From Acidobacteriota bacterium (lineage in GTDB: Bacteria; Acidobacteriota; UBA6911; RPQK01; JADFOI01): a stretch of DNA of 64,000 nt. A program made the translations under genes and the position numbers. The stretch is from contig OY760074.1 in the NCBI GenBank assembly GCA_963663035.1, positions 2,656,001 to 2,720,000 on the forward strand, read 5' to 3'. Shown here piece after piece: positions 1 to 10,733 of this stretch. The first letter of the stretch is position 1. The number at the start of each line of letters is the position of its first letter. Under the pieces are notes generated by a model. That model was not told where the DNA came from and made no database searches. It worked only from the letters and a program-made list of their open reading frames with translations.

Positions 1-1
1 C

Positions 2-847
2 TTCACCATCTATGGCCCCAACGCTGTGCCCTCACAGGGAGCGAACCTGTTTGCGGGAAACTCTTTTAATATCGATGGATTTGACCACCCCACCATGACG
101 CTGGCCGACCTTCAAGCCGGGATCCATTCTCACACCACAGATGCAGATGGTGATGGCTTTCCCGATGATACGGCCGGTATTGACGCGGTTTTTGACAACG
201 CCGGAGGTGGAGATGGCACCCCCCTCAGAGACACGATTCACGGTGATCTGAATGGAGGCCAGCTCGACAATATTGAGGGCAACCAGTCAGATTACGGTGG
301 GGAACCTTCCCTGCGGGATGGCACCGACAGGGTCCGTAACGACCCCAACCCGGACGCCACCAATATCTTCAATGCAAGCTACCTGATGAACTTCATCACC
401 AACACGGCAGCCGTGGCCGATGTCACGCTAGCGGACGGAACCAACTTCGGCGGCAGCGATCTTGGGACCGATGCAGCCCCCCAGATCACCTACTGCGAAG
501 GGGATTGTAGACTGGGAGGAAACTCCAGCGGCGCCGGCCTGTTGATCGTCCGGGGAGAACTGCGCTTTCAAGCGGGCTTCTCCTATCACGGGTTGATTCT
601 GGTGGTGGGAGAAGGAGACTTTAATATGACTGGCTCCAACGTGGGCATTTTAGGCGGGCTCCTTGTGGCCAAGACGATCTACAATGCTGGAGATGGCACC
701 TGGAGCTACGGCACCCCCTCTTTTACCGTCGCCGGCAACAGCAACTTCTACTATCAGGAAGGCGGCGTTGGGCTGGGCTACGGTCTTCTGCCCATCAGAA
801 AATTGAGTTGGCGGGAAGTGTATCCGGAGATCGAGCCACCCTATTAA
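2..847 (+). CDS. C-terminal part of a PilX-like pilus-associated protein (5' end outside window)
   Basis: Frame is open from base 2; Gly/Asp/Asn-rich beta-repeat tail (GAGLLIVRGEL, YHGLILVVGEG, GGLLV) ending in SWREV, as in PilX-N-domain proteins. Confidence 0.55.
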   Translation, partial: FTIYGPNAVPSQGANLFAGNSFNIDGFDHPTMTLADLQAGIHSHTTDADGDGFPDDTAGIDAVFDNAGGGDGTPLRDTIHGDLNGGQLDNIEGNQSDYGGEPSLRDGTDRVRNDPNPDATNIFNASYLMNFITNTAAVADVTLADGTNFGGSDLGTDAAPQITYCEGDCRLGGNSSGAGLLIVRGELRFQAGFSYHGLILVVGEGDFNMTGSNVGILGGLLVAKTIYNAGDGTWSYGTPSFTVAGNSNFYYQEGGVGLGYGLLPIRKLSWREVYPEIEPPY

Positions 848-869
848 TCCAGAGCCCCACCCTTCAGGT

Positions 870-1403
870 TCAGTTCGAGTGGACCGGATCGAGATCCGCC
901 GGATCAAGATCCACCGGCTCGAGGTCTGCCGACTCGACGTCAGCCGACTCGAGGTTTTCCTTGGCCGTGCTCTGAACGGGGAAGTCTACAGCCTGTAATT
1001 CGTTCAAGACCTCCTCGAGCAGCTTGGAAAAGTCGTGAAAATAATCACCTTGCCGTAAGTTGCAGACCACTATCTCATCGGGATACTTCCTCTTGTGCTT
1101 GAGAACGATCTCAAACCGGCGCATCGGACCAAAAATCAGATGGCTGAACAAGACGCTGGTCATTGCAATAAAAAAGAGAGAAAGCAGAGCTACCCACCAG
1201 TGGCGGATACAAAAAATGAGAAATTCACCCATCATGGGCTGTATGCCTGCTGCGTCTTCACCGATCAACAGTGCCGAAAGAGCAGGGGATATCGATAAGC
1301 CCAGAAAGAGAACGGGAAAGAGCAGCGAGAAAAATGCGACAGTGATAGCAAAGCGCACCTGCTGCTTTTTGTCTATGAACTGAATCTTCCGTTTCGTTGT
1401 CAT
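870..1403 (-). CDS. Membrane protein with two TM segments and a HAMP-like stretch
   Basis: KRKIQFIDKKQQVRF N-terminus, two hydrophobic segments, SHLIFGPMRRF and LRQGDYF motifs; AGAGG RBS. Confidence 0.65.
   Translation of the reverse strand: MTTKRKIQFIDKKQQVRFAITVAFFSLLFPVLFLGLSISPALSALLIGEDAAGIQPMMGEFLIFCIRHWWVALLSLFFIAMTSVLFSHLIFGPMRRFEIVLKHKRKYPDEIVVCNLRQGDYFHDFSKLLEEVLNELQAVDFPVQSTAKENLESADVESADLEPVDLDPADLDPVHSN
883..957. repeat. Five degenerate 15-nt tandem units encoding an acidic pentapeptide tail
   Basis: accggatcgagatcc / gccggatcaagatcc / accggctcgaggtct / gccgactcgacgtca / gccgactcgaggttt, giving LESADVESADLEPVDLDPADLDPV. Confidence 0.8.
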
Positions 1404-1579
1404 AACCTCTCCTATCCTTCAGGCGCCTGCCTTGTGGCCAGGATTTCCCTCCGCCTGATCACTAAATACAGTGTAACAACAATTTCTCGGTGTTAGTGGA
1501 AATCGGCCCCGCTAGAGGCGTAATTCGGAGGTGTTGAATACGGCTGCTGGTTAGGAATAAAGAGCGTGCATAATTCCCC

Positions 1580-2158
1580 TTACTCTTTCGGGTTTGGTGG
1601 TAGATAGGCCCACATTGCTACTAGCAAGGCTGTTGTCCATAGGAGCAAGGTATGAAGCAGAAAGGCTGCAAAGCCTCGGAAAACCTCGAAGGAACCTGTC
1701 TCGTCGTTCCACACTTCAACTCTCTGGTTGGCCACTGCGTACGCCAGAAAGCTAAGGAAGCCCTGCGGGGCGTCGCCACCTCCTGACTCTAAGTAAAGAA
1801 CAAGATAGGGCAGATTGATCGCCACAAGAGTACCGATCAGCACCAGCGCTGTAGGTATTTTCCCAGGAGGATGCTCTTTCCGAGGAGGATACCAAAGCCG
1901 AACTAAGTCACCGATGAGATAGCCGATTAGGGCGGCAAAGATATTGGGGATCGCCAGGAAATGACTCACTCTGGGATACAACCACGCGAGTAGGATAACT
2001 GTACCGAATCGGGCGAGAGTCGGACTCCACCGGCCGCCATTCGTATCCCCAGGACCGCGCACAGGACCGACTGACAAACGATCCACTAAGTCCATGTGAC
2101 TGTCGGAACACCGAGTGAACCAAGCATGGTGTTCCGCTTTGCATTTAGGGCAGAACAT
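1580..2158 (-). CDS. Membrane protein with N-terminal zinc-ribbon-like motif
   Basis: ATG at 2158 with GAGG RBS; MFCPKCKAEH...RCSDS (fourth Cys lost); about four TM segments. Confidence 0.6.
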   Translation of the reverse strand: MFCPKCKAEHHAWFTRCSDSHMDLVDRLSVGPVRGPGDTNGGRWSPTLARFGTVILLAWLYPRVSHFLAIPNIFAALIGYLIGDLVRLWYPPRKEHPPGKIPTALVLIGTLVAINLPYLVLYLESGGGDAPQGFLSFLAYAVANQRVEVWNDETGSFEVFRGFAAFLLHTLLLWTTALLVAMWAYLPPNPKE

Positions 2159-2213
2159 GGTCACCTCTCTTTCTGCGATTGGGTTAAGGTTGAGCCGGGC
2201 TTCGAAAACGGCC

Positions 2214-2240
2214 AAAAAAAAAGATCACCTTCCGGTGACC
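2214..2240 (-). terminator. Intrinsic terminator between the NUDIX gene and the zinc-ribbon gene
   Basis: Minus strand GGTCACC-GGAA-GGTGATC followed by a run of 9 T. Confidence 0.7.
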
Positions 2241-2343
2241 TGGGTCGCTTGGGTGGTCGTGGGGCCTTTGGCCCCCTGACCTTTGGTTCATTGGCCAAAG
2301 GTCTTCACGCTCCTTTTGATCTTAACCTGTCCTGACATCGTAA

Positions 2344-2868
2344 TCAGTCTTCCCGGTGCTGATTGACAATATTCTGGAAGATCTCCCGTATATGGGGCGC
2401 TTCCTCGGGAAATCGCCAGGAATCATTGCTCAAGACAGTCGGGTTTAGAAAAAACACTTCGCTCACTTCATGTAGCCAGTCCACGGGAACTGGCACCTGA
2501 TCCTTCGGGATTCTGATGATTGCCTCGTTGGTAACAGAGCAACGGAACAAATAGAACTGATTGTCGAATTCCTTCAGTAGTCTCCCAACGGTAACTTCAA
2601 CACCCGTTTCCTCCCAGGTTTCACGGTGAGCGGTACATTGGGCACTTTCTCCCGCTCTTGCCGTTCCTGCGGGGAGACTTAACTTTCCCGTCTGGCGCTG
2701 TCTTACGATGAGCATCTTGTTATCAATTACAACCATGCAACCCGAGTTACCTTGAAGCTGAGACTCCAGACCAGGAGCAATTTGGCATTCGGGCACCGCA
2801 TTTTGTGCAACACACTGGACACTTTCCAAGGAAAGGAGCAAAAGTAGACAGGCCGTTAGACTGCGCAT
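2344..2868 (-). CDS. Exported NUDIX hydrolase
   Basis: Nudix box GTARAGESAQCTAHRETWEETGV; GGAGG RBS before ATG 2868; signal-peptide-like N-terminus. Confidence 0.85.
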   Translation of the reverse strand: MRSLTACLLLLLSLESVQCVAQNAVPECQIAPGLESQLQGNSGCMVVIDNKMLIVRQRQTGKLSLPAGTARAGESAQCTAHRETWEETGVEVTVGRLLKEFDNQFYLFRCSVTNEAIIRIPKDQVPVPVDWLHEVSEVFFLNPTVLSNDSWRFPEEAPHIREIFQNIVNQHRED

Positions 2869-3426
2869 GGCACCTCCAGATCGTTGTTTGAAAATAGGGG
2901 AAGGAGAGCGACTCCGACGGGCTAAGTACCGCAATCGCCCGGGAAACATGTGCGGATTGATTCGATAAAGCTTGAGAAGGAAATCGGTAGCAGAAAAAAT
3001 AGGGATGCTACAAGCAGGATTTGGACGGCTGGACTCCCAGCCTGCTAGCAGCCAAGAGATCACTTAAAGGGCTACTATACCACGAGACGGCCTCCAACAC
3101 ATAGACATTAATCTGACGCCCTTTCTGCGACTCAAGGCTCGAGGTTCATCCGCTTTGCCTACAAAAAGCCGCCAAAGAAGCCCGAACACCAAGGAGACAA
3201 AACTGACTTCCAAATGGCCTTAAATAAAAAATCTATTACCATTGCGCAACTCTCCCGCCTGGGTTAGAATGGAGTTGTCGAGGGGGGCAGTTTTTCGAGT
3301 TTGTTCACTCGACGCCCGGTAACGGCGCGGTGCAGTAGAGATCGCGAACCGCCGTGGGGGATCCCGAAAAGCCGAACGGGCAACACGCAATCGCTGCCGC
3401 CCTCACTCTTCTCCCCATCAACTTCA

Positions 3427-4994
3427 ATGAACCGGTTCCAGGAGCTACGCGGCACGACCTTCGATGTAATCGTGATCGGCGCTGGAATCATTGGCGCCGG
3501 CATTGCCAGAGACGCTGCTCTGCGCGGTTTGAAGGTGGCCCTGTTTGAAAAAAGTGATTTCGGCAGCGGCACCACCGCCGGATCCACGGCGGACTGCGTT
3601 ATCTGGAAATGCTCGACTTTCGATTGGTGCGTCTGGATCTACGGGAAAGAGAAACTCTGCTTCGCATAGCTCCCCATCTGGTCAAACCGCTCGATTTCCT
3701 CCTTCCCTTTTATGATCGCAGCCTCTCCTACCGGACGAAGATCAAGTTGGGAATGATGCTCTACGACGTTTTGAGCTATGACAAGACTCTCCCCAACCAT
3801 CGCTTTCTGGGCCCTTCCGAAGTCACCAGCATGGAACCGCGTCTCAAAAAAGACGGTTTAGGTGGAGCGGTCCTTTACTCAGATGCCAAGGTGGATTCAC
3901 CGGAAAGACTCTGCTTGGAGAATGTCATCGATGCTCGTCAAAACGGCGCTTGCACGCTCAACTACGCCGAGGTAGTGGGAGCCCTCCGCTCCGGCAGCAC
4001 GGTGGAAGGGGTGGCGGTTCGCGACCGCCTGGGCAGCGAAGAGCTGGAGGTCAGAGCCCACCTTGTGGTCAACGCCACCGGTCCCTGGTTTGATCGGATG
4101 GCCAGGGTCCTGACTGAGGCCCCTCAAGCCATGGTGCGCACCACCAAGGGCATTCACATTATCTGTCCCGCGCTGACCCAGCGAGCCCTGGTACTTGTTT
4201 CAAGAATAGACAAACGGCTCTTTTTCGTCATTCCCTGGCATGGCCACAGCTTGATTGGTACTACAGATACGGATTTTGACCAGGATCCGGCTCAGGCCCG
4301 GGCCACCGGGATGGATGTAAACTACCTGCTCCAGTCGCTGGAGGAGTTCTTTCCCCATGTGGGTTCCCAGATCTATTTCAGTGACGCGGGTGTACGGGCT
4401 CTGGTGATGAAAGGGGGCAGCGCATCCTCCGTTTCGAGACTGCATAAAGTTGTTGATGGGGAGGAGATGGAAGTTGGTGGTCTCGTCTCGGTGTTGGGAG
4501 GAAAGATCACAGGCTATCGAGCCATTGCCGAGGAGGTCACCAACCTGGTCTGTTCGAAGCTGCGAGTGAAACGATCCTGTGAGACGGCGACCCTTCCGCT
4601 ACCCGGGGCCAGCGGGACCCGGGTCACTTCTGTTCACGCCGGTATGACCCAGGAGGTGATGGAGCACTTGGATTCACTTTATGGAAGTCGAGCCCACCAG
4701 GTCTTGGAACTGGCCGACTCGGATCCAGAACTTCAGAGACCCCTGGCCGATGACTACCCGGATATTGCAGCTCAGGTGGTTTTTGCCGTTCGCCAGGAGC
4801 AGTGCCTGCACCTGGAGGACTTCTTGTTGCGTCGAACCCTGCTCGGTTTCACCCACGATCAGGGAAGTCAGGCCCTTGAGAAGACGGTCTCCCACATGGC
4901 CAGGGAGCTTTCCTGGTCAGAGGCACAAACCTCGGCAGAACTGCGATCTTATGAGCACTACAGAGCCCGAACTCAAAAGTTCCAGACGGACTGA
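3427..4994 (+). pseudogene. glpD: FAD-dependent glycerol-3-phosphate dehydrogenase, frameshifted at about 3585
   Basis: DVIVIGAGIIG...EKSDFGSGTTAGST in one frame, HGGLRYLE...VNATGPW...GGKITGYR in another. Confidence 0.85.
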
Positions 4995-5005
4995 GCTCCG
5001 TCAGA

Positions 5006-5040
5006 GCCGTAGGCTTCGGGCGCGCCCGTTTAGCCTGCGG
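5006..5040. repeat. REP-like hairpin between convergent glpD and glpQ-like genes
   Basis: ccgtaggct ... agcctgcgg stem with a GC-rich internal palindrome. Confidence 0.4.
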
Positions 5041-5067
5041 GCCAGGTGAGCGGCTCCGGTGCTGCTG

Positions 5068-5976
5068 CTACTTGCGGGGAAATTGATCGGGGTTGTCGGT
5101 AAAGAGAGCGTCGATGTCCAGGGTATCCAGGTAGTAGGCCATCTCATCTCGCACTTCGGAGAATCCTTTTCCCACCTCAGAGGCTCGAAAAGTGTAAGCA
5201 GTCACACTGAGGCTGGCCTTATGGGCCCAGTCTACAATAGCGGGTTTGGCCTGCAGAAACCTCTTGTTAGGGCCAATCCCGACGGCAAACTCCTGAACCC
5301 TCTGAAGTGCCGCCGGGGAGAGCCACTTTCTATTGCTTAGTCCCATCAGCAGCACCTGAGGCAGGACAGCTTTCCTTTCCATCGCCATCTTCTGCAAACT
5401 CTCAGCACTGAAGGATTGAATCACGACGGGAGTGTTTGAATCTGCGCCGGGTTGATCCAGACCATTCCTCTGGAGTTCCGCCAGCACCAGCTGTTCCATG
5501 TCGAAACCCTGTTCACGGTAGATCTCAGGGCTTTTGATTTCGGGAAACAGACCCGCCTTGCCGCGGATCTCGTCGATGGCCTCCTGCCAGGTTGGAATCT
5601 GCGCGCGGGAGAAGGGGGCCTCTCCCTCCCTGGACTGTCCCCTTTTTCCCTTAAACCAGGAACCAGCATCCAGCTTTTTGAGCTCCTCCAGCTTGAAATC
5701 GTGAACGAACCATTTCTTCCGAGCCACCCAAGCATGCCTGACTTTACGGTACCGGTCGGGAAAAACTTCTTTAACATTGGTGGTGCGTTCCAGAGTCAAA
5801 TCATGAAGGCAAACCAGAACACCGTCTTTGGTGATTTGCAAATCTTGATCCACGAAGTCAGCGCCCTGCTCGATGGCCAAACGGTAGGCCTCCAGTGTGT
5901 GCTCCGGGGCATACCCAGAGGCGCCTCTATGAGCGATCACCGTTTTCTTCTTGTAGGGAGCAAAGGCTTCAGCCAT
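5068..5976 (-). CDS. Glycerophosphodiester phosphodiesterase (GlpQ/UgpQ family)
   Basis: [41 protein letters not shown] motifs. Confidence 0.92.
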   Translation of the reverse strand: MAEAFAPYKKKTVIAHRGASGYAPEHTLEAYRLAIEQGADFVDQDLQITKDGVLVCLHDLTLERTTNVKEVFPDRYRKVRHAWVARKKWFVHDFKLEELKKLDAGSWFKGKRGQSREGEAPFSRAQIPTWQEAIDEIRGKAGLFPEIKSPEIYREQGFDMEQLVLAELQRNGLDQPGADSNTPVVIQSFSAESLQKMAMERKAVLPQVLLMGLSNRKWLSPAALQRVQEFAVGIGPNKRFLQAKPAIVDWAHKASLSVTAYTFRASEVGKGFSEVRDEMAYYLDTLDIDALFTDNPDQFPRK

Positions 5977-5991
5977 CTCGTAAATTTCCCC

Positions 5992-6288
5992 CTATCCCTT
6001 AACCCCCAGAATCCCTCCCGACCACACCAGCAGCACAAGATAGATCACTACAAGAACCCAAGTTGCCCCGGCAGCAGCATAACCACACCCCCTTTTGATC
6101 GACAGCTTCCGTCGCCAGAAGACCAAGAAGAGAACGAAATACACCAGTGACCAAATCATCCACGGGATGAGCAACAGCAGGTCCTTTTCTCCCCCACCAA
6201 AGTTCAGGTAACTATCGGCGATGAGAAAGCCCAACAGCGGCGTAAGGGCAAGTGGAAGGATACAGAGGATCAGGCGAAGAATAAGCAT
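5992..6288 (-). CDS. Small three-TM membrane protein
   Basis: Three hydrophobic helices; NFGGGEKDLL loop. Confidence 0.65.
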   Translation of the reverse strand: MLILRLILCILPLALTPLLGFLIADSYLNFGGGEKDLLLLIPWMIWSLVYFVLFLVFWRRKLSIKRGCGYAAAGATWVLVVIYLVLLVWSGGILGVKG

Positions 6289-6391
6289 ATCTGAGCAAAG
6301 TTTAGAGTATCAGCTCCCAGGAAAATGTGGGGACGTCTCCCATCTTTCCTTGCTGTCGTGGGAGGCACCTCAGGTGCCGAATTTTCAACCG

Positions 6392-7612
6392 CTACCCTAC
6401 CCCGTTCCGACTCAACTGGAACACTCGCCGCACCCACCCGCCCTTGAGACGAGTCAATGGTTTCCAGCCTTTGATGGTCAGCGATTCAAGATCCGTCGGG
6501 TAATGAGACAACAACTCACAGCCCCCTTTGGTGACAAGAACCGTGTCGGAATGCCGGAGGCCACCCACTCCTTTCAGGTAGATTCCCGGCTCAATGCTGA
6601 TTACCATATTCTCAGCCAGAATATCCGGGCTACCCTCCGCGATCCAGGGGGCCTCGTGATTTCCCAGACCGATCCCATGGCCGGTTCGGTGCAGCCGCAC
6701 CTCTTCGCCGCTGTACCCCTCCTGAGCAAGGAAACGATTGACGGCCGAATCCACTTCGCTGCAAGGAACGCCTGCCCGAACCTTCTTGAGGGCTATACGG
6801 CGGGCCTGTCTCATCGCCTCGAAGGTCTCCCTAATCTCCGCGGATGGCGGAGTGGTGAAGTAGGTCCGCTCACTCTCGGCCGCATAGCCATTTACCCGGC
6901 TGAGCACCAAGGCTACATGCGGGCCTCCCTCCAGCCGATCGCGCAAGTCGGGAACCGAATGCGGTTGTGCGCTGCGAGGGGCGGTCCACGTCGCCATAGT
7001 CACTTTCGTTGTCAACGGCTCCCAATCATCCACCTCGCGGATGATCCTCAAGGTGACGCCCCGGGTTTGTGCAAAGCCCTCGGCAACGGTGGCACCGTAG
7101 TACGAAGCCGCCAAGAGACGCTCAACCCCGGAATCTGCATAGCCAGCCGCGCGTCGGATCAACGCGATCTCGGTGTCAGACTTGATCAGGCGCAACCGTT
7201 CCACCAGTGCCTCGATGCGAAGTGTGTAGTCCTTCAGTTGTAATGCAATCTCCTGGGGGAGAGTGGGCTCCACTCCAATCTCTCTGGCATCGTCAATCAG
7301 CTCGCGAAGCTTCTCTGGCCATCCACGAGCAGACGGGGCCGGATATTCCCAGTAGGTTCGGATGTCCTGATCCTTGATGTTGTGAGCCTCCCTCATGTGC
7401 TCCTCTTCAAGCTTTGGAACCAACAGGATGGGAGCCTGTCGAGGACAAATCAGGAGAAAGAACGGCCTCTCCAGCGGTTCGAATCCGGCACCGGTCAGGT
7501 AGTAGATGCTGTCGAGCGCCGAAACGATGAACAGATCCAGGCCGGCTTCCGCCACGCTGGCCTGGAGTGATTCCAGGCGCCCTTGATATTCGTGAGTGGT
7601 GATTCGCAGCAT
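6392..7612 (-). CDS. Xaa-Pro peptidase / creatinase family (M24)
   Basis: Creatinase N-domain; HRTGHGIGLGNHEAP, ISIEPGIY, GGLRHSDTV. Confidence 0.9.
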   Translation of the reverse strand: MLRITTHEYQGRLESLQASVAEAGLDLFIVSALDSIYYLTGAGFEPLERPFFLLICPRQAPILLVPKLEEEHMREAHNIKDQDIRTYWEYPAPSARGWPEKLRELIDDAREIGVEPTLPQEIALQLKDYTLRIEALVERLRLIKSDTEIALIRRAAGYADSGVERLLAASYYGATVAEGFAQTRGVTLRIIREVDDWEPLTTKVTMATWTAPRSAQPHSVPDLRDRLEGGPHVALVLSRVNGYAAESERTYFTTPPSAEIRETFEAMRQARRIALKKVRAGVPCSEVDSAVNRFLAQEGYSGEEVRLHRTGHGIGLGNHEAPWIAEGSPDILAENMVISIEPGIYLKGVGGLRHSDTVLVTKGGCELLSHYPTDLESLTIKGWKPLTRLKGGWVRRVFQLSRNGVG

Positions 7613-7632
7613 TTGTCTATCCTTTCGCTACC

Positions 7633-9102
7633 TCACCCTGCCGAATTGCGAATCTGTTGGATAAAAAAGCGGATGATTTCCAGATAGTTTTCTACCGCGA
7701 TGCGCTCGTTGACTCCGTGAAGCAGGGTAAGACTTTCATTGTTCAGCCGGGTGGGAATGAACCGAAAAGTATTCTCTGTAATTTCTCCATACTTTCGCGA
7801 ATCGGTGGCACCGGTTGTTATAAAAGGAGCAACCAGAACACCGGGGAAAACTTCGCCAATCGTCCGCTGCAATGTTTTGAAAGCCACCGATTCGGTATCG
7901 GAGACCGCGGGTGCTTCCCAGGTCTTTCCGCTCTCGCCGTACTCAACGCGAAAATCATTCACGGTGGCCTGCACGTGCTCCAGCACTTGGGCAGAAGTGT
8001 GACCAGGCAACATTCGAAAGTTGACCACGGCCCGAGCGCGGGTCGGCAAGACATTTCTGGCGATGCCACCCTCCATCATGGTGGCTGCAGTCGTCGTACG
8101 GATGATCGCATTCGTGGAAAGGCTTTCTGCAAATTGACGCTTGATGAGCGGACCAAACAACCAGCGGTTTGAAATGACCATTCTCTGGGCGATGGCCATT
8201 TCGGGACCCAGGTAGTCCAGCATCAGCCCTGTGGCACCTCCCAACTGGGAGGGAAATGGGTTGGACTCCAGCTCTTGAATAGCGGCGGCAACAATACCCA
8301 CGGCAGTTTGGGGTGGTGGCATCGAGGAGTGGCCTCCAGTACCTTGGGCGGTCAAGGTAAGATCGAGGTAACCCTTCTCTGCAACCGCCACATAGGCAAC
8401 CGGCACGGCAATTCCGGGAAGAAGGTCCTCTCCCAGAATCCCGCCCTCATCGATTACATATTCCAGTCGGACGCCCCGCTCCTTGAGTGTGGCGGCCATT
8501 CGCGCATTACCATTCGCCCCACCCACTTCTTCGTCGTGGCCAAATGCCAGATAGATATCACGGGAGGGCTGGAACCCTTCGGTAAGAAGAAATTCCACCG
8601 CTTCCAGAATCCCTACGGCTCCGCACTTAATATCCAGAGTACCCCGACCCCAAATAAGCCCGTCGGCCAGATCTCCTCCAAAAGGAGGGTGTTCCCACTC
8701 GTCCCGGGTTGCAGGATCTACGGGAACCACATCGATGTGGGACATGAGAAGAATCGGTTGGCGTGAGGAATCACTTCCCTTCCAGGAATAAAGGAGACTG
8801 TAATCCCCGATGACTTCCCTCTCTAGAGTGGTATGCACCTTGGGAAAGGCTTGCGCCAAGTAGGCATGCAGAGCCAGGAAGGGCTCAGCATTGAACTTCG
8901 AGGAGTCCTCATAGGAAACCGTTTCAAATTGCAAAACCCGACGGAAACGGCCCACTGCTCCCTCCTCATCCAGGTCCACCGCTTCGATCGGCTGCACCGC
9001 CATCTGCTTGCTGGTCAAAAGCACCGTGTTGATGGCTACGACTACAATCAAAATGACGATGATCACAACTCCTGCAAGGAACAATTTCTTTATGCTACTC
9101 AT
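7633..9102 (-). CDS. M20 family carboxypeptidase (PM20D1/CPS-like) with N-terminal anchor
   Basis: SHIDVVP, WGRGTLDIK, GHDEEVGG, GGHSS, GATDSR, HGVNER. Confidence 0.92.
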   Translation of the reverse strand: MSSIKKLFLAGVVIIVILIVVVAINTVLLTSKQMAVQPIEAVDLDEEGAVGRFRRVLQFETVSYEDSSKFNAEPFLALHAYLAQAFPKVHTTLEREVIGDYSLLYSWKGSDSSRQPILLMSHIDVVPVDPATRDEWEHPPFGGDLADGLIWGRGTLDIKCGAVGILEAVEFLLTEGFQPSRDIYLAFGHDEEVGGANGNARMAATLKERGVRLEYVIDEGGILGEDLLPGIAVPVAYVAVAEKGYLDLTLTAQGTGGHSSMPPPQTAVGIVAAAIQELESNPFPSQLGGATGLMLDYLGPEMAIAQRMVISNRWLFGPLIKRQFAESLSTNAIIRTTTAATMMEGGIARNVLPTRARAVVNFRMLPGHTSAQVLEHVQATVNDFRVEYGESGKTWEAPAVSDTESVAFKTLQRTIGEVFPGVLVAPFITTGATDSRKYGEITENTFRFIPTRLNNESLTLLHGVNERIAVENYLEIIRFFIQQIRNSAG

Positions 9103-9147
9103 GACTCTAGCCTCCTTTGGTAAAAAGGGACTGTCCCCTCTTTCCTA

Positions 9148-10337
9148 CTACTCACCCATCACACTTCCCAAAAACTCCCGCACCGCCGCCTCATATTTCT
9201 CAGGATTCATGTTCCAAGACCTAACGTGGGTGGCATCGCGAACACGACGATAGGTCACGATATCCGGACGCGCTTGGGCCAGTGAGTCACTCGTCTCAAC
9301 GGGAACCACCGCGTCCGCATCGCCATGGAACAAGAGAATGGGGACATCCAGTTCCTCTGCACGGTTCAGGTAGTTCAGAGCCTTCCAATCGATGCCAAAG
9401 CGCACTCGCACCAGGAACTTTCCGATCCCGGCCAGGAAGCTAGGCAGGCCCCGCTCGCGAACTCCAAGATCAATAGCAGCACCGAGGTCAAGCATGGGCG
9501 CATCCAGGATGGCCCCACGAACTTTCTGAGCAAGCTGAGAGCGGTAGAGGAAGTTAGTCACGATAGCCCCACCCATACTGTAGCCAACCAGAATGAGATC
9601 CTCAGCTCCCTGCTCCAGGGCATACCTGGCAGCTCCCTCCAGATCTTCCCATTCGGTCAGTCCATACCTGTGGAAACCATCCGGATTGGGGAGTTCTCCC
9701 ACATCGTTGCGGTAGGTGATGATCAGAAAAGGGAGTCCTAATTCTGCCACTGTAGGAAGGATGGGATAGGCAATCGGAGCCTTTCGTGGAGGGAGCTTCC
9801 CATGGACAAAGATCACCCAAGTGTTGGAAGTACCGTCGAAAAAATAAGCGGGAAACTCTCCCAAAGGAGAGGAGTAGGAGACTTTGAGAGTGGCAAGACC
9901 AAAGACCTTAGAAGGTTCATCGGCATAGGGCCAGAGTTCCGTTCGGACCCGGTCCCCGGGCTTCAGGCTTCCCATCATGGGAGAAAACTCACGCACCACC
10001 TGCTGCTCGTCGAGCTTGAGAATCTCACCCACCTGAGCATAGCCTTCATCCCAGCGCAATCCCCAAAGACCGCTCTTCTTCCACTCATCCCGCACCTGTT
10101 GATATGCCTCGATCTCGGGGATCACACCCAGGGTGATTCGATCTTCTGCCAGCTCATGATTCGATCTTCTGCCAGCTCGATCACCTCCAGATCAAGGGGA
10201 CGGACACCTTGTCTGGGTCTTAGCACTTCGTCTCTGATCAGGTTCCACATAGAGATCCCGGCTCCTACCAGAATAGTGCTCGCGAGCAGCATGACCGCGA
10301 AGACTTTCCAAATTGTAGCTCTACCACGCATAATCAA
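9148..10337 (-). pseudogene. Membrane-anchored alpha/beta hydrolase split by a 23-nt duplication
   Basis: GYSMGG nucleophile elbow, FHGDADAVVP, HVRSW; tgattcgatcttctgccagctc at 10134-10155 and 10157-10178; removing 23 nt fuses ORFs 10122..10337 and 9148..10125. Confidence 0.85.
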
Positions 10338-10352
10338 CCAAAACTGGCTCGG

Positions 10353-10730
10353 TCATGCCACAAGTAGTGCGCTAATCCCCACTATTACACTCAAGACCGG
10401 GATAACAAAGCACACCTTTGCCCACACCTTCCACGCACTGAGAAAGCAGGAAAGGGGCATAGTGAACGCTCCCAGACTGAAGCACAGTGAGGCGACGTTC
10501 ACAGCAACCCCTTGCGTCTGGAACAACTGGGTGCTGAGAGCGAAGAGAATGTTGATGATCCCCAGCCCAAAAAAAGACATGTGCCCCAGGCGAACAAGTC
10601 GTCTCGGAAATGAATCGTAGCCTCCAAGCCAGTCGCTCCGGTGGAAAAATTGACCGATGATCGCCCCCGATAAGGCCCCACAAAGAAAAAGGGCCCATCC
10701 CACATACAGGTTCGTTAAAGGATTTGTCAT
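10353..10730 (-). CDS. Four-TM membrane protein co-transcribed with the radical SAM gene
   Basis: Starts 3 nt after the radical SAM stop; WLGGYDSFPRRLVRLGH motif. Confidence 0.75.
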   Translation of the reverse strand: MTNPLTNLYVGWALFLCGALSGAIIGQFFHRSDWLGGYDSFPRRLVRLGHMSFFGLGIINILFALSTQLFQTQGVAVNVASLCFSLGAFTMPLSCFLSAWKVWAKVCFVIPVLSVIVGISALLVA

Positions 10731-10733
10731 TGC

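Noticed and set aside
6221-7243. 340-aa plus-strand ORF
   Set aside because: Antisense to the M24 peptidase; no motif
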